Source: Paraphysomonas bandaiensis
Lineage: Eukaryota; Protista; Chrysophyceae
DNA: 64,000 nucleotides
NCBI GenBank assembly: GCA_965644295.1
Contig: CBFFRP010000412.1
Location: 62,001-126,000, forward strand
Direction of reading: 5' to 3'
The notes under the pieces were generated by a model. That model was not told the origin of the DNA and made no database searches. It saw nothing but the letters and a program-made list of their open reading frames with translations. Positions 10,417 to 22,001 of the stretch are shown in pieces (position 1 is the stretch's first letter; each line of letters starts with the position of its first letter). Made by a program: the position numbers and the translations under genes.

Positions 10417-13400
10417 ATGTGCGAGGCTAATGGTTCGCAGGATCACGAAGAAATATTGTACGGTTTGAATGATCCTGAGACTGTTAGTCGAGTTTTCCTC
10501 AGAAATTTGATGAATGTCTGTAATACGCGAGAACGAAAAGACTTGACATTGGCTCATTCTGGGGGAAGCATTGTATGTGATGATAACTATATAATATCTG
10601 TGCGTGGAATATTGTTCGACACTGGAGCCCTAACATCTAACTTCATCTCCAAGGATTTGTTTGAGACGTTTGGAAATCATGTGTGTGAAAACAAAGTCAT
10701 AAAAAAAGAAACAGTTATAGGATTTGCCGATAAAACGTCGAGAATGAAGTGTAGTTTTGTAGTGAAATTAAAATTGAGGTTTGAAAGAGAAGACTCCAAG
10801 GGAGAGTTCGTGTTATATGAAGGGGATTTCATTGTTGCTGATATGGGTAGCAACGATATTATCATTGGACTTCCGGCTATCGTTAAGGATCTATGGGATT
10901 ATTTTCTATTTATGCTTAAAGGAAGGACTATTGAACGAATTGAATCAGAAGTAAGTTTTATTAAAAGGCGTGAGGACGATGTTACCGAGGATGATTTGTT
11001 GTTGAATGCGGTTGAAGAATTATTGCAGCCGTGGTGTGACAGTAGTAGGGAGGTAGCACCTGAAGAATTGGATGTTCCGGATCCTTCGCAGTTCGGATTT
11101 GCCTCAAGTTTTCTTGGAAAGACTAGAGAGGAAGCTTTGAGCGAGTTCGAGGACATGTTTGGTGAGCACGTGTCCCCAGAGTTCTCAGCAGCGCGACCGG
11201 TGCTGGAGTTATTGAGGACTAAGGGAGTAGAGGTATTTGTTCCAGAGCGGTGGGAAGGTATAAAAGGAGTGGATCCGTTGAACATCAAGTTCGCTGAGAA
11301 TTTGCCTCCTAGGATCAAGCCGAAGGCAAGACCCGTAAATCCTAGATTATATGAGGATGCGGAGAAGGAGTTCAGGAGACTGTGTGGTTACATCTATGTT
11401 CCTAGTAGGTCGCCATGGGCTTCTTGTTTGGTGATCGCGCCAAAAGCCACGAAACCTTTTATTAGGATTTGTGGGGATTACGTGCAAATCAACAAGTACA
11501 TTCCAAGTCCACACTATACAGTTCCTAATGTAAGACATGAGTTGGATCGTATTATTGGCTATAAGATATTTATGGACATTGACCTCACGAATGCGTTCCA
11601 TCAGATCAGGTTGCATGAGAACACATCTGAAAAATTGTCAGTTCAAACACCGTGGGGCCAATTTCAGCCTTTATTCCTTCCGGAGGGAGTGTCTCCAGGG
11701 ATTAGTGTGTTGCAAGAAGCGGTAGTCAAATTGTTTGGAGATCTGGAATGGGCGCTGTGTATATTTGATAATGTTCTGTTATTGGCACATGATTTTGATG
11801 ATGCGTATAAGAAGCTGGAGATTTTCCTGGATAGATGCATTGAACATGGAGTTGTGTTGAAATTTGCAAAGACCTGGTTAGGATTTAGGGAGATCAAGTT
11901 TTTTGGCTATTTGGTAAGGCACAATAGTTTCGAGCTCACGGACGATAGGAAAGAGGCTTTATTGAATATTCCTTTTCCAGAGAATGGAAATAGATGTAAG
12001 AAGATTAGATCTTTGTTGGGTATGGGAGTATTCTTTGCTCCATTTGTTCAGAATTACTCAGATTTGGTTAAACATCTTACGGATATGACTAAGAGTAGTT
12101 TTAATTGGGAAGAAACGACATGGCAGCATGATTATAGGCAAGAGTTTGAAAAATATAAGAGTGGTTTGCAACAGTCTTGTGCTTTGTTTTATCCGAATTA
12201 TGATCTTGAGTGGACACTTAGGACAGATGCCAGTGACTATGGAGTGGCAGGCATTCTTTTCCAGACTGTTGAGGGAACTGGGTCTAGTCCGATTCAACAG
12301 CAAACTATTGCTATCTGTTCCAAGAAATTGTCAGAGCAAGCCTTGAAGTGGTGTACTATTGAGAAGGAGGGTTTTGGTATATTCTATTCAGTCAAGAAAT
12401 TTTCGTTTTATCTGAGAGGAAAGAAATTTACAATCGAGACGGACCACAACAACCTTGTGTGGATGGAGGCATCAGAAGTTGCGAAGATAATTCGATGGAG
12501 AATTTATTTGCAGGATTTTGACTTTTTGATTCGTCATATCCCAGGGAAGAACAATGTGGTTGCGGATTGCTTGTCAAGATTGCTGTATTTGTCCGGATTT
12601 GTGGACGAAAGTGACGATTTCGACTCAGATGAAGTGAACTTCGTGACACTGCATAACATCTTTGAAAAAGACGATTTTGAGGACGACGTTCAAGAGATCG
12701 CGCCGCCTACGGAGGTACAGAGGATAGATTATTACCAGGCTATCAAAGAGGTTCACAACGCGCAAGCAGGACACTGGGGTGCGAAAGAGACGTGGAAACG
12801 TCTGTGTAGGCAATTTCCGGGACACGGCGTGCCTTTCAAGGTGGTTGCAGACTTCGTGGACGAATGTATCAACTGTCAGAAGAATAGGCGAGAGCTGAAG
12901 CAGCGATTGATTCCTATCACTAGACATTTAAAACCGCCTCATTCAAGGAGTGCACTGGGAATTGACGCGGTTGCTATTACACCTGTTTCTAAATCTGGTT
13001 ACACGCATATTGTGGTCATGGTTAATTTGTTTACGAAATTGGTGTACCTATATGCGGTGAGAGGAATGACAGCTATCAATTTGGCTACAGCAGTGTGGAG
13101 GTGCTGGTGTACATACGGGCTCACGGATATGATTATATCAGATATGGGTCCTGATCTCAAATCAGAACTTTTCGCAGAACTGGTTAAGTTGTCAGGACTT
13201 CGTCATGTCTTTAGTATCGCCAACAGGCATGTCAACGGATGTGAGCGTATTATTAAGGAAGTGGTTCGTCACATCCGGGCTATTTGTTTTGATAAGAGAA
13301 TTGAAGCTGATGCTGTTTTGGAGGACGAACTGTTACTTGCTTCTATCATGTTCATTCTGAATACCCACGAGAGTAGTGAGACGGGGTATTCTGCATTCGA

Positions 13401-14355
13401 ACTGACGTTTGGGTCCCAGGATTCCATTTATAAGAATCTTCTGGCCGCCCAAGGGAGAGACAGTGATCCGTCTCATCAGCTATTGAAAAGGTTGAACGAT
13501 TACTTAGCTCTAGTCCGTCAGGTATCAGCAGATTACCAGAAGTCTCTAGTCGAGAAACGAGCGGAAGCGGGTTTGGATCCTGCCAAACAGAACCAGTATT
13601 GTCCAGGCGATTTTGTTATGTTCGACGCTGGTGCTAAACCACATCCGAAACTATCCTCGAGAATGAAGGGTCCGTTCGAAGTGGTACGACAATACAAGAA
13701 TGATGTTCAAATTCGTAATCTTCTTACCGGGGGAATTCGGGAATATTCTGTCTCTGATCTTGAGCCATTTTTCGGGGATAAGGAATCAGCTATGGAAGCG
13801 GCGATGCGGGACCATGAGCAATTTAAGGTGGAGGAGATTCTTTCATATACGGGTGATTCACGCACCAAATCTACGATGGTTTTCAAGGTGAAGTATGCAG
13901 ACGGCGATATCCTGGACATCCCATGGACACCGGATATTCAGTGTGAAGCATATTATGATTTCTGCGAGTCTAGGCCTTACTTGCGGCATCTTGCGTATGA
14001 CTCGTTTACGGCGAAGCGTTTTATCTCTTCAATGAGGAAGGAGAACATCACAACAGTATCGGTTGGAGATGTTGTTTATGTTGATCTCAGGTTCTACGGT
14101 GACCTGTGGTACGAGAGTCTGGGTTTACCAGATTTTGCAACAGCTTCGTATGTCATGGAATTTACGTATACCCATTGGTATCATAAGAATTCTAGACGTA
14201 AGATTAGCGCTCAATTTAACCTTAACGGTGCCAACTATGCGTTCGACAACTATTTGGTTTACTGTTGGGGATCCCAGAAGGATTTTGACCCTACTCGCAT
14301 GATTTTGGTTGATGCGTCGCTGGCTGCGGCTTATCCCAAAATTATTCAGGAGTAG
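10417..14355 (+). CDS. pol: Outer Gypsy Pol (protease, RT, RNase H, integrase, chromodomain-like, C-terminal extension)
   Basis: 1312-aa ORF with ILFDTGA (protease), DIDLTNAFHQ and IFDN (RT), TDASDYG (RNase H), H-x5-H...CxxC plus D-D-E (integrase), and a FKVEEIL...FKVKY chromodomain-like segment. Confidence 0.95.
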   Translation: MCEANGSQDHEEILYGLNDPETVSRVFLRNLMNVCNTRERKDLTLAHSGGSIVCDDNYIISVRGILFDTGALTSNFISKDLFETFGNHVCENKVIKKETVIGFADKTSRMKCSFVVKLKLRFEREDSKGEFVLYEGDFIVADMGSNDIIIGLPAIVKDLWDYFLFMLKGRTIERIESEVSFIKRREDDVTEDDLLLNAVEELLQPWCDSSREVAPEELDVPDPSQFGFASSFLGKTREEALSEFEDMFGEHVSPEFSAARPVLELLRTKGVEVFVPERWEGIKGVDPLNIKFAENLPPRIKPKARPVNPRLYEDAEKEFRRLCGYIYVPSRSPWASCLVIAPKATKPFIRICGDYVQINKYIPSPHYTVPNVRHELDRIIGYKIFMDIDLTNAFHQIRLHENTSEKLSVQTPWGQFQPLFLPEGVSPGISVLQEAVVKLFGDLEWALCIFDNVLLLAHDFDDAYKKLEIFLDRCIEHGVVLKFAKTWLGFREIKFFGYLVRHNSFELTDDRKEALLNIPFPENGNRCKKIRSLLGMGVFFAPFVQNYSDLVKHLTDMTKSSFNWEETTWQHDYRQEFEKYKSGLQQSCALFYPNYDLEWTLRTDASDYGVAGILFQTVEGTGSSPIQQQTIAICSKKLSEQALKWCTIEKEGFGIFYSVKKFSFYLRGKKFTIETDHNNLVWMEASEVAKIIRWRIYLQDFDFLIRHIPGKNNVVADCLSRLLYLSGFVDESDDFDSDEVNFVTLHNIFEKDDFEDDVQEIAPPTEVQRIDYYQAIKEVHNAQAGHWGAKETWKRLCRQFPGHGVPFKVVADFVDECINCQKNRRELKQRLIPITRHLKPPHSRSALGIDAVAITPVSKSGYTHIVVMVNLFTKLVYLYAVRGMTAINLATAVWRCWCTYGLTDMIISDMGPDLKSELFAELVKLSGLRHVFSIANRHVNGCERIIKEVVRHIRAICFDKRIEADAVLEDELLLASIMFILNTHESSETGYSAFELTFGSQDSIYKNLLAAQGRDSDPSHQLLKRLNDYLALVRQVSADYQKSLVEKRAEAGLDPAKQNQYCPGDFVMFDAGAKPHPKLSSRMKGPFEVVRQYKNDVQIRNLLTGGIREYSVSDLEPFFGDKESAMEAAMRDHEQFKVEEILSYTGDSRTKSTMVFKVKYADGDILDIPWTPDIQCEAYYDFCESRPYLRHLAYDSFTAKRFISSMRKENITTVSVGDVVYVDLRFYGDLWYESLGLPDFATASYVMEFTYTHWYHKNSRRKISAQFNLNGANYAFDNYLVYCWGSQKDFDPTRMILVDASLAAAYPKIIQE

Positions 14356-14386
14356 CTACGGCATCCGGAGGGGGGAGAAAGGGTAA

Positions 14387-15492
14387 TGTAAAGCCGTGGG
14401 CTTTTATAACACCCTTGTCTCATGTTTAATGATATAATATTATGATAATGACACTGACTAATATAACTCCAATACAACTATGATATTCATTTAAGGCATG
14501 TAGCTGGTTTAATATAGGAAACGAATGTAGTAAATGTTTATTATTATATTATGAGAGAACTGTGAGGAAGAAGAGTACTAGGACTTGCCCTCGAGCACAC
14601 AATTTCGGTTTTGAGCAATGGATTTCTACTCACTGGTATACACCTATATTCATATGGTAGTCGGTGTCGGTGTTATAGCGATTTAAGTAGCTCGTTGGAC
14701 TCAGCTATACGACTATTTGCTGTTATCACACTCCATCAATTTTCTCCGGAAGGTGCACAAATTGGAAAGGGGCCTTAGGCATATGGCGAGAGGACGGTAT
14801 GGGTGATATATGATACAGATATGAAGGTGTAACTTTCGTTGGGAATGTTAATCGAAATCGATATGTGTTAATGCATTTAACGTTTGGAATGAGATTGAGT
14901 TTATCATGAAATGAGCTGGCGAATTTTTAGTGACTCGAAAACTAGTGTTTTCTGTTTTTTTGGGACTCTATAATTGGTGATTTCTTGCAAGACTCGGGAA
15001 TTGGTTGTTTTGGGGTCTTTGTAGCTCAGAAATCGGAGATTTTACTGTAAGATTCCAAAACCGGTGGTTTTGGGGTTTTCGGTCCCGAAATCGGGGATTT
15101 TGGTTTTTTCGGGACCAGTAAACTGGCGGTTTTCTGTGAGGACGTTTTCTAGGCTTATTTCAGTTCGCATTTTGGGTACAATGGACATGGGACATGAACT
15201 GTATTCAGTGTACTGCATGTATGGTCATATTTATTGAACGGTGCTGGTTGTTTGCTTGGCATGTGTACTATGGGGGTCTTAGACTAGGAATCTGTCTTCT
15301 CACTTTTTTATCTAACTAATCATAGCTAAGTTAATTGATCTACCTTTTGGGAGCTTAAGGTTGCGAGATACTTGGGAGCTTGTATATCTGGCTGTGATAA
15401 GTTAAATAAGCATTCTGTTTTGTTGTTTCGATAAACAACCATTTCACATATCTTTTCAGTGATCTTAGGTTGCAAGACCTGAGTTGTTTACA
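14387..15492 (+). repeat. 3' LTR of outer Gypsy (1106 bp)
   Basis: Preceded by a G/A polypurine tract (14367-14383); followed by TSD GCTG. Confidence 0.96.
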
Positions 15493-16329
15493 GCTGTACT
15501 CTTGTCACATTGCATACTACTCAGCTGCATGTTCTTTCAGCCAAGACTAAGCTATAGCCTCTACCAACGCGTTCATGGCCCTTATGGAAGTAATGACGCA
15601 TGCACCGAATAAATCACAGCGTAGTACCACAGCAGTGACTACTTGTATTAATTCTAATGGGTCCGCCTTTGGCTCAGATCGAGTGAAAATAGAGAGGCAG
15701 AATGGCGACGGGGTCTGGAAGGGGTCTTAACGGCAATCTCAAAGGAAATTTCAGGGTCTAAATCACATAAACAATTGCTTTTAAGGAATTAAACATAAAA
15801 GACCTCTATTACTGGTTGATTATATGGTTTTATTATCGCTAGCAGCTCAGGGTGCATTATGGCTTCGCTCTTTATTAAAAAATCTTTTAAGAGTAGGATT
15901 TTAGTTTACTAGATTTCTTCTAGCTACCAAAACTGGTGCTAACGCTTCGCCTCTATTGCTAATAATAATACTTTCAAAATCAACTACACGACACACATCT
16001 CATGACAGGCTTGCGTGGACATTAAATATTGGAAATCAATTGGTAACAGGTGTCCAACAATAAAAAATGCAATTATTAAACAAAGAAACATTCAACATTT
16101 CAAGTGTCTAGGTGTCATTCGCTTGCGAAAATGTAGTCGTAACAATTTTAGCTCTGCTAAACAACCTCTCACAAACATTGGTTGTGATATACAAAATTTC
16201 TCAAGCAACGATATCGTGTTGGTAGTTTGATGCGTGATTTTTGGCGCTATCGAATGGGCAATTAATTGGCATGAAATTAATGCTTTCGAAACCAATAAAT
16301 TAAAATTGACAACCATATAGACGAAAGCC

Positions 16330-18210
16330 TGCCTCATGTAAAACAGTAGGATTTATGAGTTCCGTTGCACGACACACACTCATGGCAAATAATACCTTTC
16401 AACTTAAAGTAGATAATACTGCTTCTAATAGATAGTACAGTGCAGACAACGAATTGTAACTACTTCTCGCTCTCTACTGGCACATCAGGATCTTTTTTCA
16501 GGGCTTCATGGAGGGTATAAGCATCCCACAACATGTAATTGGCTCGTAGGAATAGCAACAATTCTAGACGGTAAAGAAATCATGTTTCTACGCTCTGTGA
16601 TTCAGAAACGACTGTGATTCAATACGAAGCAAGCAGGGGTAGTTGGACTCATAGTAGATACCAACAACTCGAGATCTCATGGTGACCTCGGCGCTCTTCA
16701 GAACACGCTGTGCAAATCAGTTCCTTCACTCTCGTTCTCGTTATCCAGTTGCAGATCTCTAACTGCTCTTCTCCCATTGTCTGTCAACTCTCTTTCATTG
16801 TCTCCTTGATTTTTATGCACTGGCAACAATGCTTGCATTCATGGAAAGGAGGTATGAATGCCGCTCTGGAAATTCTTGTAGCAGTATAATATGTCAAATA
16901 ACTGGCGGGCTTGTTACAAATTGGTTTTATCTCTTTGTAATAAGACGAGCGTAATATTGCAAGTTGCGTCAAATAATATTGTTTCAGGTTTCGAAAGTTA
17001 ACTGGAGTTCAAGAATCTGGAGTAAGACAATAAATCGCCCCAGCGAAGTCTTTCATTTCCCAAAATTCTCTCGAGTTCCTCACGCCAAGAAAAATCTGCA
17101 TGCTTGGCGCCCTCCTAGGCTAGCCTATATGATTCACACACGTTGCATAATATCTTGTTTAAGGCGATCATTGTACAACTAACAAATATGATACAGGACA
17201 CTGAGAGAATCCACTCGGAAGAAGACTGTAAATTACACTGCCATCATCGTTGCTTAATATATATATACATACATGGTATGTGTGGTATGGTATATATACA
17301 GAGTATACTTGCTTTGCTTAATTAGCATCTTTCAACTTCGGGGGGAAATAGTGTTTTTATGAATGTTTTCGGTGAAATATGCATATTTTCAATGATTATT
17401 TTAGAGTTATTGGGTATATGTGTAGCAAAATTGGGTATAACAAGTATGGGTGATTTAGGAGGTTGTTATGTCTGAAGAATAAGATGAAGTGATGTAGGTT
17501 GTAGTATGAGATGAGATGTAGATAGTAGTTATGATTAGATTAGAAGATACGAGTATTAAGGCCAGATATACGTAGGTATTCTGTAGGATGATATAGGAGT
17601 AGATAGCAGGATGTCAAGGGATTTCTATAAGATTATTATTGGAAGTAGAAAACTAGCTATTTATGGCTGAGAAACCGCTTCTAGAATTAACTATGGGGTA
17701 TATATAATAGGTAGAAGGATATGGAGTTTTAGATATAATAGTAAAAGTTGATATTGTAGTTGAGTTGAAAGTTAAGAAGTAGCGAAGTAAAGAGTAAGAA
17801 GAGGAAGTTAAGTGAAGAGTGTTGTGAGAAGACTATCCTACCCTACATCACCTGTGCACATGGACAGGGATGATAAGACCAGCAATGTTAGTCGTGATAG
17901 CGAGGCTCAATCACCCGTAGTCGTTACATATGAAACTATTCTCTAACTCTAGAATGCATTAAGAAGACAATGAACAAAGCTGCCACAGAGTGCCTGTAGA
18001 GTTGCGTGAACATTGTTGTCTAATATTGTTTAGAGTTTCTTCGGAGTATAGAGGAGATGCATACATTGTCTTATAATAACACTCAGTTCTATATTATATA
18101 GCAGTCATTAATGGGATACCATTAACGGTAGTCCGGTTCCCGGCAATTATAATGGCATTATTGACAAATGTCCCGGCAACTATAATGGAATTACCATTAA
18201 TGGCGCATTA
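16330..18210. repeat. Diverged interspersed repeat, copy 1 (homologous to ~48950-50790)
   Basis: Colinear shared blocks: atcccacaacatgtaatt (16523/49331), cactggcaacaat (16818/49780), tatgcatattttcaatg (~17378/49992), ctgtagagttgc (~17994/50650), gcaattataatggcatt (~18142/50760). Boundaries approximate. Confidence 0.7.
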
Positions 18211-18505
18211 TTGCAGCTATCATTCTATTTATTATGTATACAATTGAAGAAAGTAAGGTGTGCAGTACACGACAAACTTCTTGAATCGAAAACGACGAAT
18301 CAGGCAAGGAATAATATATTATATATTGAATCGGAAGTGCAATTTCGACAGATTCAAACATAAGAGGCCATCTCACCCTAATGAGGATGTGTTGGCTCAC
18401 CTTTTATTGATACTATTAACAGAAACTGATACGTCAAAAAGAAAGCAATTGCTTGTACATCGAAAAAAACACATCAGCAAATCTGTACAAAACCAAAATA
18501 TGAAT

Positions 18506-19513
18506 CTACTTGCATAAAGCAGTGAAAGAAATGTGGACTTCTGTTCCGTCACCTGCTTTGCTCTTTATATCCATATCAGCGCAATGAAAACTCAAATATA
18601 CCTAAGACAAAATTTAATTTCTATATCTACAAGGATAACACAGCATAAACACCTTCGACTTGAGCAAACCGAAACCTGCACCAGAGAACACAGTCCCAAA
18701 TTCTCTCGAGTAGTGGTAGTTCGGTTCCTCCCTTGGCACAGTAGTTGTAAAGAATGCATCTCGACACCTACAGCGCATAATGTTCGTTGTCAGAAGGCAA
18801 TGAATACTCACATTAACGTACCTTTCGAGTTGTTGGTCCGACATGCCGACCCCTTTATCAGATATCGTCAGGGAGCCTGCTTTCGGTCCTAACGACTGTA
18901 AGGATATCATAACCGGGTCTACGTCTTCCACACTTAGTGGTCCATGCTTAGTGATAACAGCTTCTATAGAATTCTTTAATATCTCTGCTATAATATAGTT
19001 GGTCACCGATGGTATGGCTAATATATCCAGTTGCCCACTGATCACAACGTCAGGCGACGCTCCGTACTTTTCTCTAGCCAAGGCCCTAACATTCTCCCCA
19101 ATATCGTCACAAAATGGTCTCAATGACAGCATTTGAGGCTCATCTATATCGTCATCAAGTAATTGTAGTAAAAATAGAGCATGAATGCAGTGGGAACAAA
19201 CCATATTGACATGTACGCTCAAATTGTTGCCCAGTTCCTTTCCTTGCCACTTCGTGCCGTCGAGCACAAACATGTCATATGCCTTGTTCAGCTCTTTTCT
19301 AGAGTAATTTACCCAATCGTGTAATGCAACACCCTTCCTCTGTAGAGAACAGCTTAGCTCGAACGCGGATAAGATATCCCTCCGCCGGAAGCGCAAGGAC
19401 TGTAGATGAGATAACTGTAAATTAAATTGTCTTGCCACAAGAGGGTACAATTCCGACTTGGATCGCCCCCCTATATCCCTCAATGTAAGAAAACGAAAGG
19501 GTCTTGTATTCAT
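18506..19513 (-). CDS. Mitochondrial pyruvate dehydrogenase / branched-chain ketoacid dehydrogenase kinase-like protein (GHKL ATPase), spliced
   Basis: N-box EILKNSIEA, G1 ISDKGVGM, SGAGFGL, last exon ...SKAGDGTEVHI. GT-AG introns at ~18768-18821 and ~18602-18652. 5' end uncertain. Confidence 0.8.
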
Positions 19514-20124
19514 AGTTTCGTTGTACAGATAGCTGGGCGTCTTCAATGTTGATGGCTTTGTTTGCGTAAATACAAAGAAAGGTTCGCAACAAAGTGCAAT
19601 CAAGATATATTCTTATAAAGTCGTAAACACAAGATATGTGCCTGTTATGGAGAACAGCTGACAATATAAATCCACCTCCTAAAATTCCAATGAATTCTGA
19701 ATTGCATTGCAGATTGCACAGATATATAGTGAACAAAGCTGAGGAATGTCCATATGGATGTGAGTGCGGCATGGTGCAGCTATATTTCATCCAAATAAAA
19801 ATCTACACTAATTGGCGCGGAGATATACCGCTGTAGTACCTCGTATACTAGGGTAGTACACATCAGCTCGAAAATTCCGAAATTCGAAATTCAAAGCCTG
19901 CCAAACGACTGGTTCATCTGTGTGCTTATTATGCATGAATATTTTATCAATTTGTTTATGGTTTATAAAGTCATCGTTTTTTCATTAAAAAGTCACTTTT
20001 TTTCTCTTTTTACTGAAAAAACGATGATTTTTCAATGAAATAAATGATGAACAAATCGATATGAACAACCACCCGCGGAGGAAAAAGCTTTTATCCGTAT
20101 GTTAAACTGTATATATTAGATCAC

Positions 20125-20850
20125 ATGGATCTAACTGCTAGACTTCGAGAGTTTTGTGCCCAAGCAACAGATGGACGAGACGAGTCCCATGGAGTTGTTC
20201 ATATGGATGAAGTCAGACGTAACGCGATTGATATATGGAAAAAAGAAAAGGAACACTATGGTGATATTGATGGGGCTAGAATCGAAAGGTTAATAATTGC
20301 AACTGCATTGCTACATGATGTCGCGGATCACAAATATGGGAAAACTGTTGATCAACTCTGTTCAATGGAAACAGAGCTGCGATTGAATTTCAGCAAAAAC
20401 GACACTGACCTTATTATGAATATCATTGACAACATATCGTACTCGAAAGAATGTAAAATTAGGAAAAGTGGCGGTGTACCAAACTGGGATGAGCTTGGTG
20501 AGGAGGGGAAGCTGGTGAGAAACATTGTGAGCGATGCCGACAAGTTAGAGGCTATCGGAATCATTGGAGTCAAACGCTGTGTCATGTATACACTTGAAAA
20601 AGAGCGAGAGAAAGGTGGTACAATATCCATCGATACAGTAGTGAATAGGTTGATCGAGCATGGCAACGAAAAGTTGTTTATTTTGAAGGACCAATACATA
20701 CGCACAGCCGCCGGTAAGGATATGGCAAACATTCGTCACCATGAGATGATGATGGAAGTTAGAGAGCTTCAAGCACGGGTTGAGAATATTCGAGATAAGA
20801 CTTATGATGCTGGTGATTCGTCACTCATCAATATTATAATGGGAAACTAG
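20125..20850 (+). CDS. HD-domain metal-dependent phosphohydrolase
   Basis: Intronless 241-aa ORF with SHGVVH, ALLHDVAD and VSDADKLEAIG motifs. Confidence 0.9.
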   Translation: MDLTARLREFCAQATDGRDESHGVVHMDEVRRNAIDIWKKEKEHYGDIDGARIERLIIATALLHDVADHKYGKTVDQLCSMETELRLNFSKNDTDLIMNIIDNISYSKECKIRKSGGVPNWDELGEEGKLVRNIVSDADKLEAIGIIGVKRCVMYTLEKEREKGGTISIDTVVNRLIEHGNEKLFILKDQYIRTAAGKDMANIRHHEMMMEVRELQARVENIRDKTYDAGDSSLINIIMGN

Positions 20851-21476
20851 TATCTATGGCATGTTTAAACTTTTCAAAGCATAATTGGGAAATACGTTAC
20901 AAATTAATGTTACAATCATTACCAAGTAAATCAATGTATTAGTTCTAGATATTAATCGCACATATTAACAATCATCATACCGGTTGAAAACTGTATGCGG
21001 AAGAAATTTCAAAATCGAAATTTAACCAAGAAATTACTCTCCCTTTTACACAGTTAGACAAGCTACCTATTTGTTATTCGTCACCTTCCTATTGGAGTAG
21101 TAGATGACTACTTTTCTCTCTTGTAAATCATCGTATTGAATTTATATATATACTATACACTAACAAATTTAATGATCAGGGCAGCGCATCAATTAATTGA
21201 CACAGGTTGTAGTCAATTATAATTGCAATTATATAATGATCTTGAGTTTTACATTTAAGTCCAAGGCTTCCATATATACTACCTCATCAATGTATAGCTC
21301 AAAATATTACTCATCCTAATGTTCTTTCGTATCAATGCTTTTTCCACAAAAGAATGGGGAATATCATCGATATCACCACTCCAATCAGAGCTGCGCATTC
21401 CACGCTTGATGGGATTCATTGCGCTCGACATATTTATCCATCGCACCACCACCTCGCTGGGCAGCCAATACTATAT

Positions 21477-21986
21477 ATTGAAAGTTTTATTATTAGCAAT
21501 ATAGGCGTTAAAAACCTGCACAAACTTAGTAGCTAGATGAATGCTAGACAAACTAGTTAGACCTCTACCTGTAACTAATCAGTACACACTTTTTTATCCT
21601 ACTATTTAACGCTACGGCACTGCTTGTGCGTCACCGCAAGCACCAAGGTGCGACCACTTCCGCTCTGAGTTCTTAAGGTGAACATCCCGGATGCTTGACT
21701 TCAGCAGGCAGCCCAATACCCCGATTACCCTTCAGGTGGGCCCTGTCCCGGATGCCTTTGAGTGGGCCCATTTTCGGATGCCTGTTTATTCGTCAGGGCC
21801 CAAAGACGTCTACACAAGTGACACTTATTGGTGTCCCTTGTACCACACAAGCATTCGGCTATGAGTGGACAGAAGAATATATGCTGACTATGTTTGCGGC
21901 TCACGTTTTAGTTACCCAGAGAGAATCTCTCCGGTACTTATCCCCCAGAACACCACGAAAAGGTGCGAGTCCGACTTTGCTGAGGG
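21477..21986 (-). mobile_element. SINE-like structured retroposon, full-length copy A
   Basis: Flanked by 15-bp direct repeat cagccaatactatat; minus strand ends in aataataaaactttcaatata(ta); homologous copies dispersed through the window. Confidence 0.8.
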
Positions 21987-22001
21987 CAGCCAATACTATA
22001 T

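Larger units (their letters stand above)
2350..15492 (+). mobile_element. Ty3/Gypsy (chromodomain-bearing) LTR retrotransposon, outer element, interrupted by a nested element
   Basis: Direct repeats 2350-3455 and 14387-15492 (TGTAAA...TTTACA). 4-bp TSD GCTG (2346-2349, 15493-15496). Polypurine tract 14367-14383. gag, then pol in PR-RT-RH-IN order. Confidence 0.97.
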
